A DNA stretch of 64,000 nt from positions 1,116,001-1,180,000 of the forward strand of contig NC_079238.1 in NCBI RefSeq assembly GCF_027921745.1, read 5' to 3'. The stretch is from Schizosaccharomyces osmophilus (lineage: Eukaryota). This document shows, in pieces, positions 35,486-48,757 of this stretch (within the stretch, counting starts at the first letter, position 1; the number at the start of each line of letters is the position of its first letter). A program made the position numbers and the translations under genes. The notes below the pieces were generated by a model, which made no database searches, was not told where the DNA came from, and was given only the letters and a program-made list of their open reading frames with translations.

Positions 35486-36011
35486 ATCGGTTTGCTGCAG
35501 TATATATGGTTATGTGTATCTATCTACGACTGTAATGTTTTTTGTTTTGTTTCAATTTTTCGTCTAATTCTTATTTATAAATCAACCGAAAAATTGTGCA
35601 GAAAAGAACACGACAAACTACCTTCGGTTCTATTGCTATCTACGTTCTGACTTTTGCATAATAAATATTCGCTTTGTTAATACGAACTGATCTAGTGTCC
35701 CAATTTTAAATCTGAGTATCTATTTAGGTAGATATCTGTACATATTATAATCGCTTGTTTTCAGTGACAGGAAAGGATTAGTAAATGACTCTTCATCGCT
35801 TAATATGAGTAATGAATTAGCCTCATAACATTGAAACTAGGAAGATATGAATTAGGGAAGAAATGAATGAAATGAAAATTTAGTATCCTGAAACCTTAGT
35901 TGTTCACTGAGCGATCCAAGCACATAGGCTTCTTCTAGAATTGTTTCATGTTCGGCTTGTGCAGATGTAAGGTTGACATAAAAACAAGAAAGCTTATAGT
36001 GCTGAAATGGT

Positions 36012-36808
36012 TCAACTTTCACGGCCCTTGTGATAATCTATAAATCCTTTCCTTATATCTCTCAAAAACTGATAAAAGTCTCTTGACTGATTTAGTTTCT
36101 TGACCAAATCATCCAAGATAAGAAGTGGAGGACGACAGTGAGTTACTAAAGGCATAGTTAGTACATAACTGGTAGTTAAATTTATACCTTCGTAATCTAT
36201 ATGGCTTAGGTTAATTTGAAAGGAGAATGGCTTGTCCCAATTTTTCTCGTCTATGTTAGTAAATACAAAGCGAATTACTTCTTCATGAACACCTTCCATT
36301 CGCAATCCTAGATAATCTTGCCAGAATTGAAGCTCTGGCATGTTTAATTGCTCTTGTTTTCTCTTCAATGAATCCAATTCTTCTTTTGTGTGCCGTTTTG
36401 TAGTAAGCACAACTCGACAACGCTCTATTTCATCAAGAATGGTCTGTTTACGCTTTTGCATAGCTTCTGCCTTTCCCTGAATTGTTTGTATTTCTTGTTC
36501 AGTAGCCTCTCTTTCAACCCGTTCTTTCTCAAGCAATTCATTAAAGCTTTGTTCGCGAGCTCGTAAATGGTCTAACGTTTTTTCACTGTTCTTTTGGTTT
36601 TCTAGGGCATTGTTAGAGTTTTATAAAAGAAGAAATATGTAAAGTTACCATAAACGGTCGAAAGTTCCTTAAGATACTCATTCTTATTATTTAAAAGCTG
36701 TTTACGCTCATCTTGCAGGAATCGATCAAAAATGCTATTAAAATTGGATATTTTTAATTTCAAATCATTATAATTCAGCTCTAAATCAGGAAAATTGGAT
36801 AAAGTCAT
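36012..36808 (-). CDS. spc25: Ndc80-complex kinetochore subunit Spc25, 235 aa; exons 36808-36649, 36601-36188, 36145-36012
   Basis: N-terminal coiled coil plus RWD-like head (PELQFWQDYLGLRMEG, IRFVFTNID, LNQSRDFYQFLRDIRKGF); introns GTAACT...CTAAC...TAG and GTATAA...TACTAAC...TAG. Confidence 0.88.
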
Positions 36809-37427
36809 AAGAATTTCTATCTTTTATGAAGTGAAAATCACCGGTCTCTGTTCAGGGAATATGGAGACAAAAAGGAATATACAACCCAGCAAAAAAAAAA
36901 AAGAAAAAATAAGATGGAAAAGCAACTGACTAAGGGTTGCAATTCTATGTCTATCATATACAAATATTGTTAATTAGATTACCATTTTACAGTTTGTCAT
37001 AGTAGAAGTTGGTCTTTGTAAAAGTACCACGATGCAAATAATTAAAACAAAATATATAAATATTTAAATTTTGAAAACTGAAACATTATAGACGCAATGT
37101 TGATCTAAAGAGGGGAGTCTCGGTACACTTGACTTGCATTCATGAAAAGAAAAATCATTGTGGATACAAAATAAGCTAAAAATTAACAATGGGAGTAAGT
37201 ATTCGCCCATACTTGGTCGAATCCGTTTATAGAAACGGTCGTAAAGAGCAGGGTTTCTTAAACATTGGAATAAACGATATACTGAGCTAACGAACATAGC
37301 TCTTTTACCAGCAAGTTCATGCCAAGCTTGTTAATTTACAAGCTTTTTTGTTCTGACCAAAACCATTTTCAAAACGAAGCTTAAAAATTCAAAACTTGTG
37401 TTGAAAGCATAAGCAAACCAACAATGT

Positions 37428-37748
37428 TTAGAAGTCTTGGGATTTCCATTCCTGGCGAAGACCCTTATAGCAAGAAGGACACATATGATGGGCCAGTTTG
37501 AAAGAACTACAAACGGGGCATCGGTTCAAATTTGTTTTGTCTTTTAGAGCCTTACCAGCGAGAAAGCGGCTTCTCTTCTTCGAGTACGAGGTTTTCTTTT
37601 TTGGAACGGCAAGCAAAATAGAGTTCCACAGATCTTGTAATCCAAAGTATGGGATTTGTAAGCGAATCGAATAAGATGTTAGACCAAGGATCCCAGCTTG
37701 AAGGAACCTTGAAGGAATTTTCATAGAATTGCTGACAATTGCCGACAT
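37428..37748 (-). CDS. mrpl32: Mitochondrial ribosomal protein bL32m
   Basis: ILLAVPKKKTSYSKKRSR followed by CPVC...HHMCPSC zinc motif. Confidence 0.93.
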   Translation of the reverse strand: MSAIVSNSMKIPSRFLQAGILGLTSYSIRLQIPYFGLQDLWNSILLAVPKKKTSYSKKRSRFLAGKALKDKTNLNRCPVCSSFKLAHHMCPSCYKGLRQEWKSQDF

Positions 37749-38573
37749 GGTGCTAGTTTTCCGACTATATCAAACCGCAGTGTTTTTACAGTGAGATAAT
37801 TTCCAAATGAAAGACGTCTGTATTGCTTTATTGGGTATTTTTCTTTCTTTAAAGGGCCAGTAATCGTTGCCAACGTTTGGTTATAGAAGACGACACGTAT
37901 TATTAGTATTCGGGCAAAATCCTTTCTTTTCCCTACTCTATTTATTATATAAAAAAAGATAAACTAAATCTCCTTCTACAGAGTTTTTTGGAGGATTAGG
38001 AACCAAAAGGCTGGTTTTTGGTAAATTCCTAGCAATCTGGTAAGGGTGTAATTGTGTGAGAGAAAATGAAACAAGGTACAAGTCCGAAACGAGCAAAGAT
38101 GTTTTAGATCATGAAAATGTGTAAAATTACCTTTGCATTTGGTATATATGTCTGTATTATTGCCTCGCAACTAAATAAATCTGTTCAGTAATATGTCTCT
38201 TGCAAGAGTTAAGTATCATATATTGTACGATTATTCCATGCCATAAATAGGACTGGGTTAAAAAAAATAAAGTCTTTTATTCTTTACATATACGGACCAG
38301 ACTATTAAGAAAAATTGTAAATCCACAATAAAAGCTACTTTATTTAAAAAATCGGGTTCAAAATTCTAAAGTAATCAAAATAGTATTTGCATGATACCCA
38401 AACTCAGCAGAAGATGAGAAACGAAGAAAAGAGTAAAAGACGTCGAGTAATTAGTCGTGAGCTCATAAACCATAATGTATAATTACAAACTTGAGAAAAA
38501 AAAACAAAGCAATAAATTACGTAGGTTGAAGCACTTCAACTGCTTTTTAAAATGAATTGCTGTAGAAACCGAA

Positions 38574-40716
<2,143 letters not shown>

Positions 40717-41300
40717 TGTGAAATAGGTAGGTACAAAAAAACGAACGAATCAAGCAAGAAAAAAACGTAAAATAAGGGGATGGTCAGAAGCAATAAACAG
40801 GTAAAACGAAAAGCTTTAAAAAGAAATAAGGAATATGCAAATAAAATTTGTATCGTAAATATAGTGGAAGCCAAGACAAAACGCGACAGCCTTAATAATT
40901 TCTATTAAAAGAACCAAAGAAACTTGTGAAAAAAGAAGCGAATCAGATTACGCTACGACGATCTATTAATTTTAGATATATTTTGCAAAATGAAAATAGT
41001 TGAGACCTACAAAAGCCAGAGAATATGGCTCTGTTCGAATGCCAGCTTTTTTACAAAATCAATCAAGTTATACTGATTTCAAGGCGTGAAACATAACTTT
41101 AAAATCTAAAGCATATAGAAGTTGTAAGCTTTTATTTCCAAGTATGCGTGTCTCTCACCTCGCTTTCCAACAATGCAAAGGTTGGTAGTGTACAAGTATG
41201 GTGAGCCTTAAAGAATAATTGAGGATGTCCAGAAGACGCTGAAAAGGAATTATCCTAAAAACTAAAAGGACTTGTTTGATATGTTAATAGATTAATAAAT

Positions 41301-41326
41301 ATTAATATAAATATATATATATATAT
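41301..41326. repeat. AT-only tract with (AT)n microsatellite
   Basis: attaatataaatatatatatatatat. Confidence 0.7.
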
Positions 41327-42545
41327 TGGATTCGTTTAATCATGCCGGTTTGGTTTCACATTTCGAACCTTTTGGGCGAGCGAGTTTGCAAGTTGATTGT
41401 CAAAGAACTCTGATCATGTACTTAAATAAAAGGATTCAAAAATGTACCTACAAACTTACAGGGTAATATTTGTTCCTGTCTTTTTCCAGTTTCATCCATC
41501 AAACGACACTTTCTTTTCTAGAAGAGCTCAGGCCAGAAAGAACAAAAGAAAAGTTTAGGACATGTAAAGAAATGATGATTTAGAAGTAAAAGCCAAGAAA
41601 TAAATATCTATTTATGGGTCTTGTCATATACAGTTGCCTTTTGCATGAGATGGAATCTATCGAACGATTGCTTTTGCAGACCTACGGGAAGGATTCAGAC
41701 CAGTATACTGGAATACCGGAAACAGGACAAGTATTATTTTAAATAAAAATGGGTGATTGACTTCCTTCATGCAATAGGATGCTACCTACAACTTAATGTT
41801 CGTTTTACGACTTACTTTAGCTGTGTTTGGACTCACTGTGAGCTTTACTCCTTATATATTTCAAAAGATGAGGCATTAAACTATGGGATACTTGTCTAAT
41901 ACTGCTATACCTTCATGATGCTTGGACTGTTGGTGTCATTTTATCCAGGAAATCCACTATAATAGTAAATGTCCAGTGCAGAGTGGGATTCTAGGACAAT
42001 AAGAGTAATTGATACATAATGCTCATACTTAGGTCATGAAAGAAGTCTGATTCAGGTGTGATTCTGTTTTATGTTTCTTAGCCTTGCTATATGCACACTA
42101 TTCTTTTAAAATAATATTAAAGGAATATGTTTTTAGCGTTGCAAATAAGTATTATAACCGTTTATATAAGCATATGCTAAGAAGTCAAATGAAGAAACAG
42201 CAGTAAAACAATCGTCGGATTTATCAATACAATAAAAGATTCGATTTTTTATTGGGAAAGCAGGGTTAGAAAAGTTATCCTTTGAATACTTGAAGGCCCT
42301 TCACATTTACAAAAATATTTTGAGCTAACATTTCCATAGTTAGTTTTCCAACTTCGTTTCATGCAATTGGATTCTTACAGGTTTTTGTTTTTCCTTTGCT
42401 TTCCCCCCTCAATAAGCTGATGGATTAAGCAATACAAAATTTTTACTCAACCTTTTTGTTTCTTGAATACTGAATAATTGACAACGACTGAAACTCTTCC
42501 ACATATACAATTCCAGCGTCAAGGGTATACTTTAGTCTATAGAAA

Positions 42546-44192
42546 ATGAGGCTATGTGAATTTGTATTAGTTTTTCTCTTTTCTTTGTTTTCTCTTGGAT
42601 ATGCTTCTTTAAACGAGGAATATAATGAAAGATTATATTTGGAAAACTTGTCAAATCGGCATACCTACGCTTCATTCACCTTTGAAATTGACACGAAAAC
42701 AAACAAAGAAAATGGATATGCATTTTCAGAACGAAATTATCAATTTTTTCCGCTTTCTCTTGCCCGAACAATGAAGGATCAAAAGGCAATGGACCTTCAT
42801 GTTAGGGCAACTAGGGGTAGATGGGATTATGGGTTTTGGAAGCAACCTCCTGACAATGGATTTCATTCTGGTGGGTCCGGTTTTGAGGTTTGGGCTTCCT
42901 TTATTGATGATCAAGATATAGACTCCTGGTACAAATTAACTAGTCAGCTTTCAGGTTTGTTTTGTTTTTCTTCAAATAACATCGATGACTTGAATACATA
43001 TCAACCTCTTCTTTCTTTTGTACCATCTTCGTTCACCACTTCGCATTCTCGATACTTTGCTTCCCTCCCACAAGAGTCCGTCTGCACGGAGAATCTCTCC
43101 TCTTTGCTCAAATTTTTACCTTGTAAAAATAGGGCTGGAATTGCTTCACTTTTGGACAGCCATTTGTTGTTTGACACGGATTGGTATTCTCTATCTATAG
43201 ACATTGTGCCCAATCTGGTTGATGACCTTAGCTCCATGAAATTGATTGTCAAGATTCAAACTGTCATTGACGTGGAAAGGACAAACAGAAGAAAAGATAG
43301 AATTAGATTTCCACCTCCTCCTGAATTTTGCGGTGATGATATTACTCATGATCCTTTACGTTGCTTGACTGCCACTTACACATCAAGTTTTCATACTCTC
43401 GAAGACCTATTTCACAAATCCCTCGAAACGAGATGTCCTTTTTCATCTTCTGAAAGTGACATATATGTTAAAAATTCTTCTAATTCTGTCGTTGGGTATC
43501 CTTTGCAAATGGTGGAAGAGATATCTATTCCTGTTCTACTTGAAAAACGCCCGGAATTTCCAGTTTTTGTTGAAAGGTCTTTAACGAATTCTGGAAATCA
43601 TTGGGGTGGTATCGTTTCAACTTTTACTAATCCCTCTGATGATTCTTATAGTATTGTGTACTTTGAACGATTACCTTGGTATGCTCGCGTGTATCTTCAT
43701 ACTATGAAAATAACCGTTAATGATAAACCGGTATCCTCTAATGAATTTTTCCAGGACCAAGTGTACCAACCCTCAAAAGACCGTAAAGCTGGAACTATGA
43801 TTGAGTCTCGATTCACGATTCATGCTCATTCATCTGTCGTTATGTCTTATGATATAGAAAAAACAACTTTACGACTTCAAGAATACCCACCAGATGCTAA
43901 CCGGGGTTATGACCTTCCACCTTCAATCGTTAGCGTTTTTAGCAGAGACGATGTTGAAATATGTCAATTGCGAACCTCGGCTCTTTTAATGTTTATTCCT
44001 ACGCCCGACTTTAGTATGCCATACAACGTTATAATTTTGACATCGACCGTTATGGCTTTAACGTTTGGAGGAAGCTTTAATTTCCTCACAAGAAAAATCG
44101 TTCCTGTCAGCGAATTACCAAAATCGCAGAAGCCATCCTTGCTCCGAAGACTCCGCTCTAAATTGAAGAGAAAAGACAGGGACTCAAATTGA
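42546..44192 (+). CDS. gpi16: GPI transamidase subunit Gpi16 (PIG-T)
   Basis: Signal peptide, LSGLFCFS, ESVCTENL..LLKFLPC, YPPDANRG, PTPDFSMPYNVIILTST, C-terminal TM plus basic tail. Confidence 0.95.
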   Translation: MRLCEFVLVFLFSLFSLGYASLNEEYNERLYLENLSNRHTYASFTFEIDTKTNKENGYAFSERNYQFFPLSLARTMKDQKAMDLHVRATRGRWDYGFWKQPPDNGFHSGGSGFEVWASFIDDQDIDSWYKLTSQLSGLFCFSSNNIDDLNTYQPLLSFVPSSFTTSHSRYFASLPQESVCTENLSSLLKFLPCKNRAGIASLLDSHLLFDTDWYSLSIDIVPNLVDDLSSMKLIVKIQTVIDVERTNRRKDRIRFPPPPEFCGDDITHDPLRCLTATYTSSFHTLEDLFHKSLETRCPFSSSESDIYVKNSSNSVVGYPLQMVEEISIPVLLEKRPEFPVFVERSLTNSGNHWGGIVSTFTNPSDDSYSIVYFERLPWYARVYLHTMKITVNDKPVSSNEFFQDQVYQPSKDRKAGTMIESRFTIHAHSSVVMSYDIEKTTLRLQEYPPDANRGYDLPPSIVSVFSRDDVEICQLRTSALLMFIPTPDFSMPYNVIILTSTVMALTFGGSFNFLTRKIVPVSELPKSQKPSLLRRLRSKLKRKDRDSN

Positions 44193-44345
44193 AACTTACT
44201 ACTGTTGAAGGTGATTTTTTTTTAAATGTAAGATTCATTTAATTTTGGCTAAATTTGAGGGAGACAATTATTTTTTATCGTTAAATGGCTAGACACAACA
44301 TATAGATCGTTACTTTTAAGCATAATGTTCTAAGAGAACCGCGTT

Positions 44346-44948
44346 CTAATTATTTGAAGAAAAATGTTTTAATAAGGCTTGCTTCAAACGAACATCGCGT
44401 TTATGTTGAATTTGAGAATGCCGCTTACCTTTTCGAGAAACGGGTTTCGGTCGGTTGGGGCGTAATTGAACTCCAATCCCCAAATTATCATTTTTAACTC
44501 TTGTATGACGGACAGGAGCTCGACGTCCTTGATGTTCAGCACCTAGCCCAGAAACATGGCCTTTCGGAGACCATCCAAACTGGGATAAAACTCGATAACC
44601 AAGGCTGCCTGGTTTCACGAGACCAGGTTGGTATTTATTATCTATATGATTTACCGATAATAAATGCCTTACTGATTTCGCGTGCGTAATTTGATTCTCA
44701 GCTTCAATGAATATTTGACATGCAGGGCACACTGACCCGCGTGCGTTATTGGCAGCACTTTTATCCAAATTTTTCACATCTTCCGAAAATAGAGAGTAAT
44801 AAAAAGATGAAACAGAGCCTTTTTCTTCGATTTTTTCCCGGCTTTCTGTTTGCTCTTCTTGAGGCCTCACAAAGTTAATCCGTGGCCGATTTTTATAGAA
44901 ACCATAAGACTGTATATATTTTTCATGCCCTTTATTATTTAACTCCAT
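44346..44948 (-). CDS. G-patch domain protein (GPANK1-like), 200 aa
   Basis: CxxC...H...H zinc-finger-like segment, then G-patch SLGYRVLSQFGWSP...GLGAEHQGRRAPV...KNDNLGIG. Confidence 0.85.
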   Translation of the reverse strand: MELNNKGHEKYIQSYGFYKNRPRINFVRPQEEQTESREKIEEKGSVSSFYYSLFSEDVKNLDKSAANNARGSVCPACQIFIEAENQITHAKSVRHLLSVNHIDNKYQPGLVKPGSLGYRVLSQFGWSPKGHVSGLGAEHQGRRAPVRHTRVKNDNLGIGVQLRPNRPKPVSRKGKRHSQIQHKRDVRLKQALLKHFSSNN

Positions 44949-45040
44949 TTTCTCTGGTGATATTTACATTCGTACAATCATTACATTTAATGAGGTAGGC
45001 AAATACCGAGAACAAAAATGTGGTAAAGAGGCAGGATGAA

Positions 45041-46533
45041 TCAAGCAGGTGGGCGTTCCACTAAAGGTATTACAGCCTGATAATCCAGTTTCTGAGATTC
45101 CGTTAAGTTATTTTCAACGAATCGAAGGATTTCTGTAATTAATCCTTTGCATGAATTTAGTTCTTTCAAATTTGTATGGGCACAATTCCTATATGAAGAC
45201 ACTAGTGAAATAAGAATCTGTGCATGATGGGAGGATACACGGTAATAATAAACTTTTAAGAATGACTGTAGCGTTTCCAAAAGGAATAACAGGAACTCCG
45301 GAGCGTTACAAAGCAATGGGTTCTCGATCCTTAAACAAAGTTGATCCAAAGTTGTCTAGTGTATGTTAGCAATGATAGCATTTAACAAAGTATCACATCA
45401 CGTACAGTAAGGTATCTCAAAAATCTATGGTTCAGTTTCTTCATGAGATGCATGCATTCCAAAAAAGCGAGACGAATCATGGGAATGCTGTCTGAGGCGA
45501 ACTGAAAGATGTACATAACACCGTCCAGAAACAGTTTATCCAGCAAGTCTGGCATTTCTTTCTCAAACTGAATTAATAAATGAAATGAAAAATTTATAAG
45601 GGAAGAACATGTCTCGGCTTTATATCGTGGGGGCAAAAATGTATAGAACAGCATAAGGTCTTCACGTAGAATCTCCGCTAGTCCCGTATGAATCAAAAAT
45701 TCAATCCCTGATACATCTAGTGTTGACTTAACTAGCATCAAGCCCTTTTGTTTCACCATTGGATTGAGATCATTCAAAATTCGCAGCACTGATGGAATCA
45801 CTTTATGCCATCTATCTCGAATTGTAAAGCGATTTTGGTTGCTAATAACCCAATGTAATACTCCAGGAATAAAAAAGTTTTTTGACTTCCATGATGGTTC
45901 CAGGAGTGCAGCTGTTTGATCTTGTCTGAATTTTTCAGGAGGAAGTTCATATGCGTATCGCCTTCCTTGTCCTGTTAAGCGATCATCTCGGGAAAAAAGA
46001 GAAGACTGATAATCCAAAACATAGTTTTGGAAGTCTTCCTTCTCCTCTGTGGATATCAATGCCAGTGTATTGTCAACGATGTGAACAGAATAAACCTCAA
46101 AAGGCTTATATTTAATATCTCGAAGCGAAATTAACGTCAGAAGGAGCTCCCAATTATCTTTTTCTTTCACAAATTGTTTAATTTCCTCCTGAAATATACT
46201 CAGGAGTCGATATGCTCGCTCACAATATGGTTTCCTGATCTCAAAATCCAACTCATTGTTTTCTAGTTTCGTTAGTAATTGAATATTTAACAAAAGTGAT
46301 AGAATACCAAAATTTATCCATTTTTCTTTTGGCGACAGATATGGCAGTAATGCAGTTAAATTATGAGAAAGCTTTTCTTCTTCGATTTTCAAGACAAACC
46401 CATCCAGAAAGTCCAATTGCTATTCGTTAGAATCTTCCATGAACATTAATAATACCTTTTGAAGAGAAATTTGTTCCGGAACGTCGTGTTCCAAAGCATT
46501 CAGCTTTTTCACTACCTGCTCCCAAGGCTGCAT
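45041..46533 (-). CDS. tti2: TTT-complex subunit Tti2-like helical repeat protein, 468 aa; exons 46533-46456, 46419-45406, 45355-45041
   Basis: WHKVIPSVLRILND...KQKG...TGLAEILREDL..FYTFLP resembles the Tti2 domain; two GT-AG introns join three in-frame segments; recalled synteny. Confidence 0.75.
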
Positions 46534-46888
46534 GGAAATTGTTAAAGGCCCTCACAACGAAGACTAAAGGTTTATGACTGATATATTAACAAGTATGAAT
46601 AAAAGTATACTGAATTCTTTGTAATATAGAAATAATTAATTTTTACACGCAAATGCTTAATGCTCCCTACCTAAAAGGTAAATAATAAAGCTTTTCTAAA
46701 CATGAAAGATCTCAACGTTGGCTAAGAGGAAGCTCTTTACACAGGTTAAAAACAGAAAGATAGAAATTATTCATTAAATATTGCTCAAGTTAAGTTACAT
46801 TCCCAGATCCTAATGGAGTACAGATTCATACAGTTACATAAGTATTTATGGCTTCAATAGAAAGTAGTAACGGGAGAAAGTAGAGAAA

Positions 46889-48410
46889 TTATGTAGATGG
46901 CTCAGCTTCTTTCTGAGTTAAAGTTGATTCTTTTGATAGCTGGCCTTTTAAAGAAGGTATGGGTTTCGATGGTGGATTTAAAGACACTCTATTAAGCATA
47001 GCAGTGAGATCCTCTTCTTTCTTATCCTCTTTGACAAGATCTTCCCATTCTTTTTCGAGTTCTTCTGAGTTAATATCAGTTTCCGGAGCGGTTGTTGTCG
47101 TAATGGCAGAATCAATTTCTTGAAAATCAAATTTAGCTTCCTGGACAGAGTTCAAAATCTCATTCACATGCTCAATACCACCCATTTGACTGACAACAGA
47201 TTTGAGAACTTCAGAACCCGAGGAAAGCGCTGACAAAAGTAATTTATTTTCAAAAGCCTCATCAATACTGGAAAGCAAAGAATCTACTTGGAGAAGAGCT
47301 GCTTCTTTCCTATCGGACTCCTTCAGCAGAACTTTTTTTCTCCGTAGATACGTAAGGGCTGTTAATTTCTCTGCCTTTGAAATCGATTCCCGAACCCCCA
47401 GGGAAATGTCCTCAATCTTTTTGTTAACAAGATCCTTGCTTTTCGATATAAAGCTTCTGGATTCCACGATTGCTGCGATTGATTTATCAACACTTTCAAG
47501 GATCCCTTCTTGGGAATCATTGGGTAAAAACTTGATAGTCTGTCATAATCTTTAGTTATTATTTTTTATTTTTAATAATTTAATTACTTACATCCTTGTC
47601 AAAGACAATTAAACGTATACGATGGCACATCCATTGTAACAAGCATTCCAATTCCACAGTAGAAAGTACTGTTCCTTTCCATAGTATCGGTCCAAATGTG
47701 GCTTGGAACGAATTCCATGTATATATAGTGCTTGTGTACGTACTCTGTAATCGGTGAGCTTCTTTTCGTATAAGGCTGGCCAGTAATTCTACGTTTTTCA
47801 AAAGGACTAGAGTGTCCTTCGAATAGGAGGATTCAAACAGATTTCCTCTTTGTATTTGAGAGCTGATGATTCTACCTCCCCAATGTAACCAAGAATATAG
47901 AGAAAAATAAGATTGCAATCCCAGATCAGGATTCTTGCACGCATGTAGAAACTCGTTAACCTCGGGCCATACACTCTTCTCTTGTAAGTAATTCTGCGAA
48001 TAATGTTAGCAAATACAATACCAGCTGGTCTTTAGTTATACTCACGGCAATCATTCCTAAACTTAAGGGTTTCCCAAACGACGAACTAAAAAAGGCATTT
48101 TCGAGGCTTTCATCGAAACGAATAATTAACTTAAATTTCAATTTATTATGGAAGCTTGCTGTTTCTACCGCATCTTTCCACGTTTGTATATTAGCTTTAA
48201 ATCCCTCTGGATTCTTGGAATAAAGGTTTCTGAAATCAGAGTAGAGGCTTCTCAGCCGACTTTCTTTAAATATATCTTTTTTCTTTAAAAAGTCAATTAA
48301 AGATTCATCATCTTGCATTGTTAGCAATGATACTTAATGTCGTAAATATTGGCAAGGTAAGTTCCCCAACAGGATATGCGCATGCCTACCCTTCTCTTTC
48401 GAACAAACAT
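46889..48410 (-). CDS. cmp7: ESCRT-III-like CHMP7 ortholog; exons (48410-48386), 48311-48046, 47993-47592, 47539-46889; alternative start ATG 48318
   Basis: SRLRSLYSDF...NPEGFKANIQTW winged-helix start plus C-terminal Snf7 domain (ALTYLRRKK, ELEKEWEDL). Internal introns are canonical; the 5' end is uncertain. Confidence 0.85.
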
Positions 48411-48757
48411 TGCCAGTCTAGTGAGGTCTGGTTATGCTTTAAATTTGTCTCGGTTTATTTTTTGACAGTAGTAATTTTTCTTTACAGTCCATCGTGATAA
48501 TTTTTTTCATAGATCAAATCAAACGAGTGTCATTCTACTCTTACTAGAAGTGAATTATACTATACATCAATATCAGGCACAAACAAATCCTACTGAAGCG
48601 AGCTTTTAGTAGAAAAAAGATATATTTATTCATAAAAATCAGGGCATTTCTTCATGTCAAATGAAATATTTTACCAAAAACTAAAAGCCGTAAAAAGATT
48701 TTAATCATCATAAGATGTTATATGCTTTAATTTTACACATCATTATATGCATTTGTT

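Noticed and set aside
37064..37297. 77-aa ORF between spc25 and mrpl32 (similar small ORFs at 53954-54196)
   Set aside because: No recognisable family or splice structure; likely UTR or intergenic.
41572..41578. Box C-like ATGATGA (also at 59244) suggesting C/D snoRNAs
   Set aside because: No box D (CTGA) at a plausible distance and no terminal stem.
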